A DNA stretch of 63,970 nt, counting the filler, from Reclinomonas americana ATCC 50394 (Eukaryota): the NCBI GenBank assembly GCA_048213135.1. It is 15 parts of 15 records of this genome, joined end to end, with 100 filler letters (N's around TTAATTAATTAA, not from the genome) between each part and the next. Parts side by side here need not be neighbours in the genome. Positions count along the whole stretch, not along the records: positions 62,668 to 63,970 come from AFZH01023454.1; 14 more parts are not named here. One strand, given 5' to 3'. How positions within the stretch are numbered: the stretch's first letter is position 1; every line of letters starts with the position of its first letter. Under the pieces are notes generated by a model that saw only the letters and a list, made by a program, of their open reading frames with translations, had not been told where the DNA came from and searched no databases. Position numbers and translations under genes: made by a program. Shown here piece after piece: positions 62,815 through 63,970 of the stretch.

Positions 62815-63588
62815 TCACTCGTACTTGAACCACTTGGCCTCGAGCTTCTTCAGCGAGCCGTCGGCGACGGTCTCGGCGATCGCCTTGTTGACCAGTTCCT
62901 TCAGCGCAGTGTCGGACTTGCGCACCGCGCCGGCGACGCCCGCGCCATGGATCGCATCGTCGCGGGTCACTTCGGCGATCTTCTTGCAGCAATCCTTGCC
63001 CTGGCCTTTCAGGAAGTCGGCGAGGGCGAGCGCGTCGGCGACGATGTAGTCGAGGCGGCCGTTGAGCAGGTCGAGATTGGCCTCTTCCTGGGTCGGATAG
63101 AGGCGCGCGGTCGAGTCCTTGTAGAATTTCTCGACATAGTTGGCATGGATGGTCGAGCCCTGCGCGCCGATCGACTTGCCCTTCAGGGTGGCGGGCGAGA
63201 TGTCGCTGGAGGCGGTGCTCTTGGGGCCGATCATCCAGATCGGCGTCTTGCTATAGGGCGTAGTGAAGTCGACCTGCTTCTTGCGCTCCTCGGTGGCGTT
63301 CATGCCGGCGAGGATGATGTCGTATTTGTTCGCCTGCAGCGCCGGGATGATGCCGTCCCAGTCCTGCACCACCCAGCTGCACTTCACCTTCATCTTCTCG
63401 CAGAGAAGGTTGCCGTAATCGATTTCGAAGCCTTCGAGCTCCTTCTTGGCGTTGAGGTTGTTGTAGGGCGGGTAGGCGCCCTCCGTGCCGATTCGGATCT
63501 CTTTCCATTCCTTCGCCTGGGCGAGCGCGCCCGTAGCGCCGGCGACGGTGAGCGCCGCGGCTGCGACGAATTTCGCGAAACCTTTCAT
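62815..63588 (-). CDS. Bacterial periplasmic basic amino-acid ABC substrate-binding protein (HisJ/ArgT family)
   Basis: Signal peptide; IGTEGAYPPYN, QDWDGIIPAL and GAQGSTIH motifs; Shine-Dalgarno GGAGG upstream; no introns. Confidence 0.95.
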   Translation of the reverse strand: MKGFAKFVAAAALTVAGATGALAQAKEWKEIRIGTEGAYPPYNNLNAKKELEGFEIDYGNLLCEKMKVKCSWVVQDWDGIIPALQANKYDIILAGMNATEERKKQVDFTTPYSKTPIWMIGPKSTASSDISPATLKGKSIGAQGSTIHANYVEKFYKDSTARLYPTQEEANLDLLNGRLDYIVADALALADFLKGQGKDCCKKIAEVTRDDAIHGAGVAGAVRKSDTALKELVNKAIAETVADGSLKKLEAKWFKYE

Positions 63589-63970
63589 GGGACCTCCCCT
63601 TAGGATCTGGCCGACCGGGCGTTTCGAGTTCCCGCATCGGCTTGTGCGCGACAGCTTGTGCGATCAGCGGGCGGGCCGCAAGTGGGCTCTTGCAGCTTTT
63701 CCGAGCTTGCCCGCACAAGGATCGTGCAAGGCAAGGCGCTGTTCTTGTTGCTGAAATCGGATCGTAGTGACGGTTTTACCGCATGCCGGCCCGGACAGCC
63801 GCACACGGATTTTGTTGCGTCTCTCAGCGGGCGCGCTCGGCGAAGACGCTTTCGCAGCGTTCCAGCCCCCAATCGAGCTCGTCGCGGCCGATCGTCAGAG
63901 GCGGCGCGAAGCGGATGGTACGCTCATGCGTCTCCTTGGTGAGCACGCCGGCAGCGGCGAGACGCGCGAC

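Overview
Gap-joined draft assembly (14 N/TTAATTAATTAA/N linkers). Some linkers are scaffold gaps, because RagA runs collinearly across two of them. Almost all of it comes from a GC-rich, intron-dense, gene-compact unicellular eukaryote using the standard code; the last ~1.3 kb is bacterial (amino-acid ABC transporter). Genes recognised by hand-splicing: PB1-UBR-UBA protein, BRD8-like bromodomain protein, staphylococcal-nuclease homologue, EF-hand protein, HSL-type hydrolase, V-ATPase F and d, GNAT, phosphomannomutase, SKA2, aldose 1-epimerase, PEBP, NCKAP1, a tandem WD40 family, an FN3 receptor, RagA/B, a degenerate AGBL5-like gene and a secreted heme peroxidase. RNA genes: 5S rRNA and tRNAs (Met-like x4, Asn x2, Tyr). 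Main unusual signals: (1) a recurrent atypical 5' splice site GTTGCG lacking +5 G, with 15 placed donors, plus three GC-AG introns and an 8-nt micro-exon; (2) a p62/NBR1-like protein with a UBR box in place of ZZ; (3) a tandemly amplified WD40 family with variable binding-face positions and a conserved tail; (4) tRNA-Met tandem units carrying a conserved cassette with a donor-like and an Sm-like motif; (5) a 1.4 kb palindromic duplication. All gene models are manual and have not been checked against transcripts or databases.
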